The notes: generated by a model from the sequence alone, not told the origin. A stretch of 64,000 nt of DNA from Omnitrophica WOR_2 bacterium RIFOXYA2_FULL_38_17 (GCA_001805965.1 MHHG01000052.1:13930-77929); one strand, 5' to 3'; shown: positions 19,146-29,266, counted from the stretch's first letter. Translations and numbers: made by a program.

Positions 19146-20747
19146 ATGGATGCTTTAGTTATTGGTGGCCATTATTCCGAAGATAGAATTGATACTATGC
19201 GTCATGTAGATGATTTTCGTTTGGAATATGACGGCGTTCCCATGACGACAAAAAATTTAAAAGAATTTTTTCGGAACAATAGATCTTTTAAAGATGCCGA
19301 ACGAAGACAAAGAGAAGAAATTTATCGCCCTTATCGACAAATCTATTACCCTTCGCTTCATATTTATAATTATATATCTCAAAATGGTTATAATGCCGCT
19401 TTGCTTAATTGTCATTGTCCTCAGGATGAAAAACGATTCGAAGTGTTTAAGCAGAATCCAAAAGTTGTTATTTTATCTACAACATTTATGAATATGGAGG
19501 CAGTACGTTTAGTTGCAAAAGATATAAAACAGTACTTGCCTGATACAAAAATTATTGTTGGAGGGGGATATGTTCGTCATTCTTATTTAATATGGCAGAG
19601 GATCGAAGATCCTTATTACAATATGCATGAAGTTCAGACTAGATATTTTTTTACATCAAATAATCCTGTTCAAGAAGTTGATGCTTATATTTTTGACGAA
19701 CATGGTGAAGAAACATTGTTGATGTATTTGGATGCAGTCAAGAAAGGCAAATCAATAGATTCTATTCCTAATATTGCAACTTATAATGGCAAGAATTTTG
19801 TTTTTAATAAAGAGGCTCCAGAAGAATTTAACATGAATAAATGTCGTATTCACTGGGAGAAGATTCCTAGAGAATATCTAAGCTTAGTGATGCCGTTCTC
19901 AGTAACTTATGGGTGTCCATTTAAATGTAATTTTTGCAATTTCAGGAGCGTTAGTCTTTCTAAGAAATCATTAGATACTATTTTTGCTGAATTAAGAGAG
20001 ATTTCCAATTTAGGTATTGTTCAAAAGATATGGTTTTCTGACGACAATTTTCTTTTGACGCCTAAGCAGGTTGAACAGTTTTGTGAGCGGTATATTCAAG
20101 AAGGATTTTCTTTTCGTTGGATGAGTTTTATTAGAGCGAATTCTATTACGTCCAAAACGGTTGATTTAATGAAAAAGAGCAATGCAGAGTTATTAGTTTT
20201 AGGGTTAGAATCAGGAAGTCCCACAGTTCTTGAAGCTATGAATAAGCAAGATATCTTGAAAGATGTCCATCGTGCAATGTCGCTTTTAATGAGTAACAAT
20301 ATAGATACAGAGATTTCATTCATTATAGGTCATCCAGGGGAAACTGATGATACGGTTAAGGAAACAATAGACTTTATTAACGCTATGCCTTACTCTGATG
20401 AGCAAATTCCCTATTTATATCTTTTTAAATTTTATTTGGCACCTTTGTCGAGAATATTCGAAAAGCAAATGAGAGACCAATGGGGCCTTGAGGGAGCATT
20501 TCTAGATTGGAAGCATAAAACGATGGATTCGGATTATGCAAGTGCTATGTTGAAAAAGGTGGCGCTTTCTGTCCAGAAACCTGTGTTTAATTATTTAGAT
20601 GGATATTCTTCCAAGAGCAAAAAGGAATTGGTCAAATTTATGAGGAAGCGGGATAGCCTGTCAAGAGCCGTGTTGTCTGGAAAGCCAGATAATGTTGTTG
20701 ATGCTTTGTGGGATGAGCTTGAGACTTTGACTTTTTCAAGAAGTTAG
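19146..20747 (+). CDS. B12-binding-domain radical SAM enzyme
   Basis: LSTTF...IIVGGGY, HGEETL, GCPFKCNFC, FSDDNF, LGLESGS, IIGHPGET. Confidence 0.88.
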   Translation: MDALVIGGHYSEDRIDTMRHVDDFRLEYDGVPMTTKNLKEFFRNNRSFKDAERRQREEIYRPYRQIYYPSLHIYNYISQNGYNAALLNCHCPQDEKRFEVFKQNPKVVILSTTFMNMEAVRLVAKDIKQYLPDTKIIVGGGYVRHSYLIWQRIEDPYYNMHEVQTRYFFTSNNPVQEVDAYIFDEHGEETLLMYLDAVKKGKSIDSIPNIATYNGKNFVFNKEAPEEFNMNKCRIHWEKIPREYLSLVMPFSVTYGCPFKCNFCNFRSVSLSKKSLDTIFAELREISNLGIVQKIWFSDDNFLLTPKQVEQFCERYIQEGFSFRWMSFIRANSITSKTVDLMKKSNAELLVLGLESGSPTVLEAMNKQDILKDVHRAMSLLMSNNIDTEISFIIGHPGETDDTVKETIDFINAMPYSDEQIPYLYLFKFYLAPLSRIFEKQMRDQWGLEGAFLDWKHKTMDSDYASAMLKKVALSVQKPVFNYLDGYSSKSKKELVKFMRKRDSLSRAVLSGKPDNVVDALWDELETLTFSRS

Positions 20748-20803
20748 ATATGTTTTTGTCTTGAAAATGTTCAAAAATATCTGTTATCATTAAAAAGTTA
20801 GAC

Positions 20804-21460
20804 ATGATAAAACTTTATTCTATTGAGAAAGAAAGAAGCCAAAGATTAATTGCAAGGAATAAAAATGTGACAGTAGATGAGCAGGCATTTAATCGATATG
20901 TCTCGGAATTCCCAGTAATTCCAGATAGGAAGCAAATTTTTGCTGCATATGAATTTGCAAAGCAAATTGAATATATTCATCCAGGGTTATCCAGCGCTGA
21001 TTATCTTGTTCATCCTGTTAGAGTTGCATGTCTTGCTTTACAGATTGACCCACCAGTTGACGTCGATACTATTGTCATTGCTTTATTGCATAATGTACTT
21101 GAAGTGTCGGTTCTTACATTTGAGGACATGCGAGAAAAATTTAATAGTAGGGTAGCAGGTTCAATGAAAGCTCTTACTGTTGACCGTTCTCGCCAATATA
21201 ATCGTGAGTATAAGGCTTCCTATTATCAAAAAATCAATGAGTTATTTCTTGGAGGACGTATTGTAAAAATATTAGATAAGTTAGATAATTTGTTCTTGCT
21301 GTGTTTTAATAGTGATGATGAGATTAGAAGAATATATTTGCAGGAGATCGAAGATTATATAATTCCAATGGTTGATCGAGATTTAAAAGAGCTCTCAAAA
21401 TATATGCGAGAGCTTGTTGAGGATTGTCGTAAGATTGGATACATGACGAAAAAGAGATAA
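20804..21460 (+). CDS. HD-domain protein, RelA/SpoT hydrolase (Mesh1/SAH)-like, with a degenerate HD motif
   Basis: AYEFA, YLVHPVRVA, IALLHNVLE (HD->HN), ALT, VKILDKLDNL. Confidence 0.75.
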   Translation: MIKLYSIEKERSQRLIARNKNVTVDEQAFNRYVSEFPVIPDRKQIFAAYEFAKQIEYIHPGLSSADYLVHPVRVACLALQIDPPVDVDTIVIALLHNVLEVSVLTFEDMREKFNSRVAGSMKALTVDRSRQYNREYKASYYQKINELFLGGRIVKILDKLDNLFLLCFNSDDEIRRIYLQEIEDYIIPMVDRDLKELSKYMRELVEDCRKIGYMTKKR

Positions 21461-21464
21461 AAAA

Positions 21465-22538
21465 ATGAAATTATTTCAACCAGATATTTTTTCTGTTCCG
21501 TTTCCAGCCTTTGTGACTGTAACAGATGATGTTTTTAGCAAGATAGGGGAATTATTGGAACAGCAGTATGATATTAAAACTAATGCTATAAGAAAAATTG
21601 AGCAGGTGAAGGGAAATGAAATAAATTCAAACAATTTTAAAGTAGAAACTGATTCAATGTTTTTGTTTGTAAAAAGGAATGTCCTGCACGACAATATATA
21701 TGAATTAACAAGAATGCTTGATCTGACAAATTGGCTTCAAGAAAGAATGAAAGCTTTTTTTAAAATTATTCCGTGTAATAATGGAAGTTTGGTGTCACAG
21801 CAGGGTAGGGCTCTATGGTCTGTTTCTGAATTTATTCCAGGAAGATATTTTTCTGGTGAAAGTATTGATGAGCTGAAAGCTGTAGGCCATTCTATTGGTG
21901 GGATGCATGATGTTTTGAGGGATATCCCTTCTCACTTGTGTCCGAAAAAAAAAATAAAGCTTTTTCCGATTGATTCTGAAAAAATAATTGATGAAACTTT
22001 TTCTAGACGGGAAGAATGGGTAGATGTTTTTGGAGAGGATCTTGCTCCCATAATAGAAGATAATACAGATTTAATGCTCTCTACTTGTGCGTTGATAAAT
22101 TCAAATAAAGAGACTATCTTCAGAAGACAAACGCAGACTTGCCATATTGATCTTCATCCTCATAATATTTTTGTCAATGATGGCGTTATTCATTTTATTG
22201 ATCTGGATTCTTTGGTTTTAACCAAGCCTTGTGTAGCCATTGGGTTCTCAATTTATAAGCTCATGAAGCAATATTCTATAAGGCAAAAATTAGTTGATAA
22301 TCCTAGCAAAATTGCTGAAGATGCAAGGGGCTTCTTGTTTTCTTTGCAAGAGAAGTTCGCTTTTTCAGATGAAGAAATAAGAGTACTTTATTTATCGGCA
22401 ATTGCTGAAATATTTAGAAGGATACTTATCATACTTCGTCTTAGTTTATATGAAAATAATAAGTGCTGGAATTTTGTTCTTCCTATTCATTTGTCTGGGA
22501 TAAAAGAGACAGAAATAATTTTTAGTGCTATTAAGTGA
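21465..22538 (+). CDS. APH/choline/homoserine-kinase-II family phosphotransferase
   Basis: NSNNFKV, EFIPG, Brenner motif CHIDLHPHNI, FIDLD. Confidence 0.82.
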   Translation: MKLFQPDIFSVPFPAFVTVTDDVFSKIGELLEQQYDIKTNAIRKIEQVKGNEINSNNFKVETDSMFLFVKRNVLHDNIYELTRMLDLTNWLQERMKAFFKIIPCNNGSLVSQQGRALWSVSEFIPGRYFSGESIDELKAVGHSIGGMHDVLRDIPSHLCPKKKIKLFPIDSEKIIDETFSRREEWVDVFGEDLAPIIEDNTDLMLSTCALINSNKETIFRRQTQTCHIDLHPHNIFVNDGVIHFIDLDSLVLTKPCVAIGFSIYKLMKQYSIRQKLVDNPSKIAEDARGFLFSLQEKFAFSDEEIRVLYLSAIAEIFRRILIILRLSLYENNKCWNFVLPIHLSGIKETEIIFSAIK

Positions 22539-22574
22539 TTGTGAATACTAATTAAAACAGAAAGAGGCCCGAAA

Positions 22575-23147
22575 ATGATAAAAGAACTTGTGAAGAAGGC
22601 GCGAAGTTATAGGAGATTCTATCAAAATGAACAAATTAGTGAGAAAATTCTAAGAGAATTAATTGATTTGGCTAGGTTGGGAGGTTCCGCCATCAATAAA
22701 CAGCCATTGAAATATATGATTGTTAATACGCCAGAAACAAATGCAAGGATTTTTGATACTCTTGGATGGGCGGGGCTTTTGCCTGATTGGTCAGGGCCAG
22801 AAGAGGGTGAGCGGCCATCTGCATATATAATTTGTTTTCTTGATACAAGTATAAGCGAGAGGGCTGAGGTAGACTTGGGAATTGCTACCCAAAATATATT
22901 ATTAGGTGCTGTTGATAGAGAATTAGGCGGGTGTAGAATTGGTAATTTTACTACAGAAATTAACAATATTATCAAAATACCAGAGAATTTAAAAGTTATG
23001 TTAGTTATTGCGTTAGGTAAACCAAAAGAAAAGGTTATCGTTGAGTCAATGCCTTCAAATGGAGATTTTAAATATTGGAGGGATGAAGAAGGGATTCATT
23101 ATGTTCCAAAAAGGTCTCTTGAAGAAGTATTAGTTAAGAAGTTATAA
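22575..23147 (+). CDS. Nitroreductase family flavoprotein
   Basis: RSYRRF, SAINKQP, VDLGIATQNILLGA, LGGCRIG, IALGKP, VPKRSL. Confidence 0.9.
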   Translation: MIKELVKKARSYRRFYQNEQISEKILRELIDLARLGGSAINKQPLKYMIVNTPETNARIFDTLGWAGLLPDWSGPEEGERPSAYIICFLDTSISERAEVDLGIATQNILLGAVDRELGGCRIGNFTTEINNIIKIPENLKVMLVIALGKPKEKVIVESMPSNGDFKYWRDEEGIHYVPKRSLEEVLVKKL

Positions 23148-23849
23148 CCTTCCAAGGTCTCTCAATATTTTAAACTTGCTCTCCGCAATTTGCCAATCTT
23201 CTTCGTTGTCAATGTCTTGTGCTTCAATCTCAGGGATAATTATTGGTACGGTTTTATCAGAGAAAATTTTCCTCTCTTTTATGAACTGTTTGACGTCAAG
23301 CCAATAGAATTGTCCTGTATCATGGTAAGTTGGATCGAAGTCTTGAGAGCGTTTTTCGTTGTTTTCAGGGTATAACATCTTGAGTAGATTGTTTTCAATT
23401 TTTAAAGCTCTTTGAACAGGGTAACTGTACTTCGTGACAGGAAAAGTCGAGTAAGCGTTATGTTTAATAAGAGTATCCATTCCATTTTTGAGATTTTGAG
23501 CTGTAATGAATGGGGCCGCTGGAAAAATGCAGCAGCATAGTTCAAAAATTTTCCCCATTTCTTTATGTTTTGCAAGTACTTCGCAAAGAGTAGAATTGAT
23601 TGTAGCAAAATCGTTTGAATTGGCTTCAGATCTATAAAAAGGGACTGAAGCTCCTAAGCTTTTTGCAATATTTGCAATATCTTTGCAATCAGTAGATACC
23701 ATAATTTCATCGAAACATTTTGATTTAATTGCAGCATCAATTGAATATTTGATAATGGGGTGTCCCAGGAAAAGTTTAAGGTTTTTGTTGGGGATACGTT
23801 TGCTTCCGCCTCTAGCTGTAATAATTGCAATTTTATTTTTTTTATTCAT
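23142..23849 (-). CDS. pseF: Pseudaminic acid cytidylyltransferase
   Basis: IAIITARGGSKRIPNKN, VSTD, YPVQRA, RSQD...YHDTGQFYW, QDIDNEEDWQIAE; start ATG 23849. Confidence 0.9.
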   Translation of the reverse strand: MNKKNKIAIITARGGSKRIPNKNLKLFLGHPIIKYSIDAAIKSKCFDEIMVSTDCKDIANIAKSLGASVPFYRSEANSNDFATINSTLCEVLAKHKEMGKIFELCCCIFPAAPFITAQNLKNGMDTLIKHNAYSTFPVTKYSYPVQRALKIENNLLKMLYPENNEKRSQDFDPTYHDTGQFYWLDVKQFIKERKIFSDKTVPIIIPEIEAQDIDNEEDWQIAESKFKILRDLGRL

Positions 23850-24181
23850 GCTTGCCTTGTAAAAATACATTTGCTCAATTGGATTTTAATATTAACATTT
23901 AAGTTGAATGCAGTCAAGGAATGCTGTATAAGATTGGGAATTGTTAAGTTTGTTGAAGATTACGATAAGGATAAAGATGTTTTGAGAGAGATAGTTAATG
24001 ATATTTGCACGTAGAGATTATTGAATTATTTTGGATGTTTCGAGTCTATTGAAGGGAAGTGTAGCGTATGGATTTCTGTAGTTATTCAATTGTTCATTTA
24101 TTGAACAATTGTGTTTATGTAAGGACGTAAAATATTCTATTGCAATAATTTACGAAAAAGTATTTAAGTGCGTTTTTTTAT

Positions 24182-24209
24182 TTGACTTTATTTGCACAAA
24201 TTATATAAT
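24182..24209 (+). promoter_or_regulatory. Candidate sigma70 promoter of the long + strand operon
   Basis: ttgact 24182-24187, 16-bp spacer, tataat 24204-24209, in the divergent pseF intergenic region. Confidence 0.5.
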
Positions 24210-24295
24210 AACTACGTTCAATAATTGAACAAAGATTTTTGGGATTGTTTTATGTCCAAATAATCTAAGAGTAAAATCAGACTATAGAGGTTTTT

Positions 24296-25441
24296 ATGAA
24301 ATATTGTAAGAAGTGTATAATTCCAATAACTCGACCAGAACAAGTTTTTAATGAAGAGGGAGTGTGTGATGCATGTAGCTCAGCAGAGTCAAAACATACG
24401 GGAATTGATTGGGATGCAAGAAGATCTGAGTTTGAGAAAATTTTGGAAAGATATAGGGGGGATGGTAGCATATATGATTGTATAATTCCTGTTAGTGGAG
24501 GGAAAGACAGTGTTTCTCAGGCACTTACGATGCGAGATGAGTTTAATATGAGTCCTTTGTGTGTTAATCATTTGCCTTGTGATTTAACTGAAGTGGGTTG
24601 GAAAAACTTAATATTTTTAAGAGATTTAGGATTTGATGTGATTCATGTTGGGGCGAATAGAAAAGCTTATCGAGAAATGACAAGAATTGGATTTTTTAAA
24701 CTTGGTGATTGCTGTTGGCAGGAACATATAGGAATATTTACTGCTCCAGTAAGAGTAGCCGTTCAGTATAGAATTCCCTTGTTAATTTGGGGAGAGAATT
24801 CTCAGTTTGAATACGGAGGACCTGCTTCTAAAAGAGAAAATAATTATTTGGATAGAAACTGGTTGGAACAATTCCAGATGTTAGGTTATAGGATATCAGA
24901 TGTTGTGCTAGATGGGATAAATTTAAATGATGTAAAAACCTTTCATTATCCAACAGATGAGGAAATGAAGGATGTGGGGGTGACAGGCCTGTTTTTAGGA
25001 TATTATACGAAATGGGATTCAAAGAAAAATGCAAATCGTGCTATTTCTTTAGGATGGAATAGAAATCCTGATGGACCAGTTGAGGGAGCATATAATGATA
25101 TAGAAAATCTTGATTGCAAATGGATTGGGGGTTTGCATGATTATATGAAATTTATTAAGTTTGGCTTTGGAAGAGCAACAGATCAATTATGTATTGAGAT
25201 ACGGGCAGGTAGGATGTCTAGAGAAGAAGCAATTGAGAATTTAAAAAACAGTTCTGAGGGAGAAGTTCCCTGGAAATTTGTTCCGGATTTTTTAGAATAT
25301 CTGAATATATCCAAAGAAGAGTTTGAGGCAAATCTTGATAAATTTACAAACAGGCGTTTGTTCTTTTGTGATGATTCAGGACGATTAATAAAGGATTCAC
25401 AAGGGAATTTAAAAAGGCGTTATCCATTATGGGAACTGTAG
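24296..25441 (+). CDS. N-acetyl sugar amidotransferase (WbuX/WbpG/PseA family)
   Basis: CKKC...TRP...GVCDAC, PP-loop DCIIPVSGGKDS, WGEN..EYGG, HDYMKFIKFGFGRATD. Confidence 0.92.
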   Translation: MKYCKKCIIPITRPEQVFNEEGVCDACSSAESKHTGIDWDARRSEFEKILERYRGDGSIYDCIIPVSGGKDSVSQALTMRDEFNMSPLCVNHLPCDLTEVGWKNLIFLRDLGFDVIHVGANRKAYREMTRIGFFKLGDCCWQEHIGIFTAPVRVAVQYRIPLLIWGENSQFEYGGPASKRENNYLDRNWLEQFQMLGYRISDVVLDGINLNDVKTFHYPTDEEMKDVGVTGLFLGYYTKWDSKKNANRAISLGWNRNPDGPVEGAYNDIENLDCKWIGGLHDYMKFIKFGFGRATDQLCIEIRAGRMSREEAIENLKNSSEGEVPWKFVPDFLEYLNISKEEFEANLDKFTNRRLFFCDDSGRLIKDSQGNLKRRYPLWEL

Positions 25442-26049
25442 CTGGAATAATAGATATTGGTTTGGGAAATATCGATAGTGTAAGAAGAGCACTAACTTTT
25501 ATGGGTTTTGCAAATCAACTCTGCGCTAAAATTGATGATCTTGAAAACGTGGATAGAATTATTTTCCCAGGTGTGGGGAATTTTTATAAGGCATCAGAGG
25601 TTTTAAAAGAAACCAGATTTAATATCGCAATTAAAGAACATGTCTTACATTTAAACAAGCCTATTTTGGGAATTTGTTTAGGCATGCAACTGTTGTGCGA
25701 TAGAGGATATGAGGGAGGCGAGGCGGAGGGCCTTAAACTTATTTCAGGAGAGGTTGTTAAGCTGGAAAAAGGGAATTCTTCTGAGCGTGTTCCTCACATG
25801 GGGTGGAACGAAGTGCATTTTAAAAACAAATCTATTTTATTCAAAGATATTCCAGATAGAATGGATTTTTATTTTAATCATAGCTATCATTTTAGCAAAG
25901 TTGAGCAGAATAAGGTTGTTTCAGTGACTCCCTATGCAAATGGTTTTGTGTCTACGGTTGAGGATAAGAATGTTTTTGGAGTTCAATTCCACCCGGAAAA
26001 GAGTCAAGAGTTGGGACTTCAATTATTAAAAAATTTTATGGAATTGTAA
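25429..26049 (+). CDS. hisH: HisH-like glutamine amidotransferase (glycan-locus paralog, WbuY-type)
   Basis: GNIDSV, PGVG, GICLGMQ, VPHMGWN, HSY, QFHPEKS. Confidence 0.88.
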   Translation: MGTVAGIIDIGLGNIDSVRRALTFMGFANQLCAKIDDLENVDRIIFPGVGNFYKASEVLKETRFNIAIKEHVLHLNKPILGICLGMQLLCDRGYEGGEAEGLKLISGEVVKLEKGNSSERVPHMGWNEVHFKNKSILFKDIPDRMDFYFNHSYHFSKVEQNKVVSVTPYANGFVSTVEDKNVFGVQFHPEKSQELGLQLLKNFMEL

Positions 26050-26053
26050 TGAT

Positions 26054-26824
26054 ATGTTAAAAGTGAGGGTCATTCCAATTGTAATGCTTGATGGGTATTC
26101 AGTTGTTAAGACAATTAAATTTTCAACGCGAAGAAATCTTGGAAACCCGATTACAGTCGCTCAGATTTATAATACAAGAAATGTTGATGAGTTAATATTG
26201 TTAGACATAGATGCCTCAAAGCATGAGGAAAAGATAGATCAATTTATAATTTCTGAAATTTCTTCAAAATGTTTTATGCCATTGACAGTTGGAGGGGGCA
26301 TTAGGAGTGTTGATGATGTTAGGCTTCTTCTTAAAGCAGGTGCTGACAAGGTAGTAATTAATTCAGAGGGGTATCGTAATCCTCAATTAATAAAAGAGTG
26401 TTCTGACGAATTTGGATCTCAATGCATTGTTGGAAGTGTAGATGTTAAGAAAGAATCTGATGGATCATATAAATGCTATAGCAACGGAGGGGTTCAGGCC
26501 ACAGGAAAAGATCCTATGCAGTGGATTGAAAGTCTTGAAGATTTTGGGGTTGGAGAGATTATTATTAATTCGATAGATAGAGATGGCACAATGGCGGGTT
26601 ACGATATAGAGTTAATTGAGAAAATATCCCAACATGTTGGTGTTCCCTTGATTGTTGCAGGAGGAGCTAAGGATGAAATGGATTGTGTTAAAGCTATGAA
26701 GGCTGGAGCAAATGCTATATCAGCTGCTAGCATTTTTCATTTTACAGACATTACACCTGAACAAGTAAAAAATGAATTAAAAGAAAATGGATATCCTGTA
26801 AGGAAAATATTTAGTAGAAATTAA
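26054..26824 (+). CDS. hisF: HisF-like cyclase subunit (glycan-locus paralog, WbuZ-type)
   Basis: RVIP, DELILLDI, PLTVGGGI, GADKVVIN, FGSQCIV, SIDRDGTMAGYD, AASIFHF. Confidence 0.88.
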   Translation: MLKVRVIPIVMLDGYSVVKTIKFSTRRNLGNPITVAQIYNTRNVDELILLDIDASKHEEKIDQFIISEISSKCFMPLTVGGGIRSVDDVRLLLKAGADKVVINSEGYRNPQLIKECSDEFGSQCIVGSVDVKKESDGSYKCYSNGGVQATGKDPMQWIESLEDFGVGEIIINSIDRDGTMAGYDIELIEKISQHVGVPLIVAGGAKDEMDCVKAMKAGANAISAASIFHFTDITPEQVKNELKENGYPVRKIFSRN

Positions 26825-26906
26825 TTTGAGTTTTGGTGTAGTGCGATAATATCTGTTAATACAATATTTTGACCAAGGGTGTTTTGGTAATTATGCAGAG
26901 AGAAGA

Positions 26907-27482
26907 ATGACAAAAGATAATTTAGACGAAAGAGAATTTGAACTTATTAATATTATTGGTCCTGAGTTAGGATTAAATCAAAGGGATCTTTCTAAGCATA
27001 TGAATATTTCTTTGGGAATGATCAATATGCTTATAAGAAGATTGATTGCAAAGGGTTTTATTCGTATTCAACAATTGGATAAACGAAAAGTGGAGTATTT
27101 GTTAACACCAAAGGGTTTTGCAGAAAAAATGCAGAAATCAGTAAAATATACTTTGAAAACGATGAATTCAATTGGATTGATAAAAAATGGACTAAAGGCA
27201 GTATTAATTAAGCTGGTTGAACAGGGTGAAAAGAGATTTATTATGTTAGGTGAATCTGACTTTTCTGTTCTTGTTGAAATGGTTTTAAAAGAGATTTGTC
27301 CACAGGAGCATACTCTTACTTATGTTGACCATGTTCCTAAAGAAGGTTTTTACGGAGTCTTGTTGGTTTGCAAAGAGATGGATTATTCGGGGATTGATTT
27401 AAATGCAACAAATTATGTTGATTTAGTTCATGAATTAGCGAAGGATGAAGAATTGTTAAACAATATTACTAAAAAGGCTTAA
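26907..27482 (+). CDS. Winged-helix (MarR-like, EPS-associated) transcriptional regulator
   Basis: NQRDLSKHMNISLGMINMLIRRLIAKGFI...YLLTPKGFAEK. Confidence 0.85.
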   Translation: MTKDNLDEREFELINIIGPELGLNQRDLSKHMNISLGMINMLIRRLIAKGFIRIQQLDKRKVEYLLTPKGFAEKMQKSVKYTLKTMNSIGLIKNGLKAVLIKLVEQGEKRFIMLGESDFSVLVEMVLKEICPQEHTLTYVDHVPKEGFYGVLLVCKEMDYSGIDLNATNYVDLVHELAKDEELLNNITKKA

Positions 27483-27499
27483 AAAAAGAGATTATTGTT

Positions 27500-29266
27500 A
27501 TGAGAACAATAATGTTTATAACGGAAATGTTCAAGAAATTTCCTTTTTTGATGACAGTAAATTTGCTATTATTAATGGTTGTTAATTTTTTCAATATTGG
27601 CTCTCTTTTTGCTATTGGTCCCCTTGTAGATTTTGTTATCCACCCAGATCTTCAAAATATCAGTCCGCTTACAGAAAAAATGATTTCTGTGATTGAGTCT
27701 TTTGCTTTTCCTGTTTCTTTGAGTAGTTTCTTGCTGTTTTTTGTTTCTTTTGTTTTTTTTGGTAGTTTGTTTCAAGCTGTTTCAGAGTATGTTGTTCAGA
27801 AGACAAGATTTAAAATTGTAGAGGCATTATTTTCGGATTGTCTGAATAGTTTTTTAAGCGCTAAATGGCAATTTTTTGTTGGCCAGAAGCAAGGTGAGTT
27901 TATAAATTTATTTTCTAGGGAATTGATTATGATTGCCAGCGCCTTGGGCCAGGTTTCTCAGTTTACTGTTGGTGTAGTGCAAATATTTTTCTTTTTAAGT
28001 GTGCCTTTTTATATTTCTTGGCAAGTAACTTTGCTTTGCATAATAGGTATTGTTCTTTTATCAATCCCATTTATTTTGTTCGGTAGGTATGGGTATGTTT
28101 TTGGAAAAAAAGGAACAGATTATTCAAAAGAATTTATTTCGCTTCTCAATGAAAATTTTAATTTACTAAAAATTGTTTTAGGTTTTGCTAACCAAAAGAA
28201 ATGTCACACTGATTTAGTTAAGGCATATGTTAGATATGCAAATACAACAATTCAATGGTTGACGCTGGGTAACGCTTTGTTTTTATTGTTTAGGCCAGTT
28301 GCTGTCTTAATTGTTGCGATTGCTTTGTTTTTTTCTCGAAAATTCAATGTCCCTGTATCAGAGATGTCAGTATTGCTTTTGGGATTTTTTCAAATTGCAA
28401 AATCTGCAGGTGCTTGTGTGAATATGAATACCGCTATTGGGAACTTTTTTCCAAGTTATGAACTGATGAAGTCATTGAAGGAGAAAGCAGATTTGGAAAA
28501 ACAATTTACAGGCATGAAAATATTTAAAACATTAGAAGATAGAATTTGTTTAAAAAACTTGTCGTTTTCTTATCAAGAGAATGAATGGGCACTTAAAAGT
28601 ATAAATATAATCATTGAAAAAAGCAAGATGATCGCTTTAGTTGGTAAATCAGGATCAGGAAAATCAACTTTAATAGATATGATAATGGGTTTTAATGAGC
28701 CGCAAGTAGGATGTATTGAATGTGATGGTGTTGATATTCATAAAATAGATATTGATTCATATCGAAGTAGAATAGGCTATGTGCCTCAGGATAGTGTTTT
28801 ATTTAATACATCGATAAAAGAAAACTTTTTATGGGCAAAACCGGATGCTTCAGAAAAGGATATTAAAGAAGCATGCTTTTTAGCTCACGCAGATGAGTTT
28901 ATTGATAATTTTCCTGAAAAATACGACACTATCGTTGGAGATCGAGGAGTCCGTTTGTCAGGCGGACAGTTGCAAAGAGTTGCTTTAGCCAGAGCCTTTT
29001 TAAAAAAACCGGATTTGTTGATTTTAGATGAAGCAACAAGCTCGTTGGATTCTCATTCTGAAAAATTAATTCAAGATGCAATTGATAAATTTGCAATTAA
29101 GACAACGGTTGTCATTATTGCTCATAGGTTGTCTACGGTTAGAAAAGCAGACCATATTTATGTTTTGGATCAAGGGAAAATTGTTGAAGAAGGAAAATAT
29201 AATGATTTAATTTCCAAAAGGGGACGTTTTAGTTCTATGGTTGATATGCAGGAATTAACTAAATAG
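27500..29266 (+). CDS. ABC exporter, fused permease/ATPase (MsbA/PglK-like, possible glycan flippase)
   Basis: N-terminal TM domain, Walker A GKSGSGKST, Q-loop YVPQ, LSGGQ, ILDEATSSLD, IAHRLST. Confidence 0.92.
   Translation: MRTIMFITEMFKKFPFLMTVNLLLLMVVNFFNIGSLFAIGPLVDFVIHPDLQNISPLTEKMISVIESFAFPVSLSSFLLFFVSFVFFGSLFQAVSEYVVQKTRFKIVEALFSDCLNSFLSAKWQFFVGQKQGEFINLFSRELIMIASALGQVSQFTVGVVQIFFFLSVPFYISWQVTLLCIIGIVLLSIPFILFGRYGYVFGKKGTDYSKEFISLLNENFNLLKIVLGFANQKKCHTDLVKAYVRYANTTIQWLTLGNALFLLFRPVAVLIVAIALFFSRKFNVPVSEMSVLLLGFFQIAKSAGACVNMNTAIGNFFPSYELMKSLKEKADLEKQFTGMKIFKTLEDRICLKNLSFSYQENEWALKSINIIIEKSKMIALVGKSGSGKSTLIDMIMGFNEPQVGCIECDGVDIHKIDIDSYRSRIGYVPQDSVLFNTSIKENFLWAKPDASEKDIKEACFLAHADEFIDNFPEKYDTIVGDRGVRLSGGQLQRVALARAFLKKPDLLILDEATSSLDSHSEKLIQDAIDKFAIKTTVVIIAHRLSTVRKADHIYVLDQGKIVEEGKYNDLISKRGRFSSMVDMQELTK

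Noticed and set aside
20804-22538. HD protein plus kinase as a toxin-antitoxin, defence or aminoglycoside-resistance pair
   Set aside because: No alarmone synthetase or defence hallmark; embedded in a biosynthetic operon. The APH fold alone does not imply resistance.
23760-24014. 84-aa + strand ORF
   Set aside because: Overlaps the pseF 5' end antisense, has a weak start and no recognisable motif.
25429-26824. hisH/hisF, and the hisC-like gene at 46901, as a histidine operon
   Set aside because: No hisG/D/B/A/I; coupled to a sugar amidotransferase, as expected of glycan-locus paralogs.
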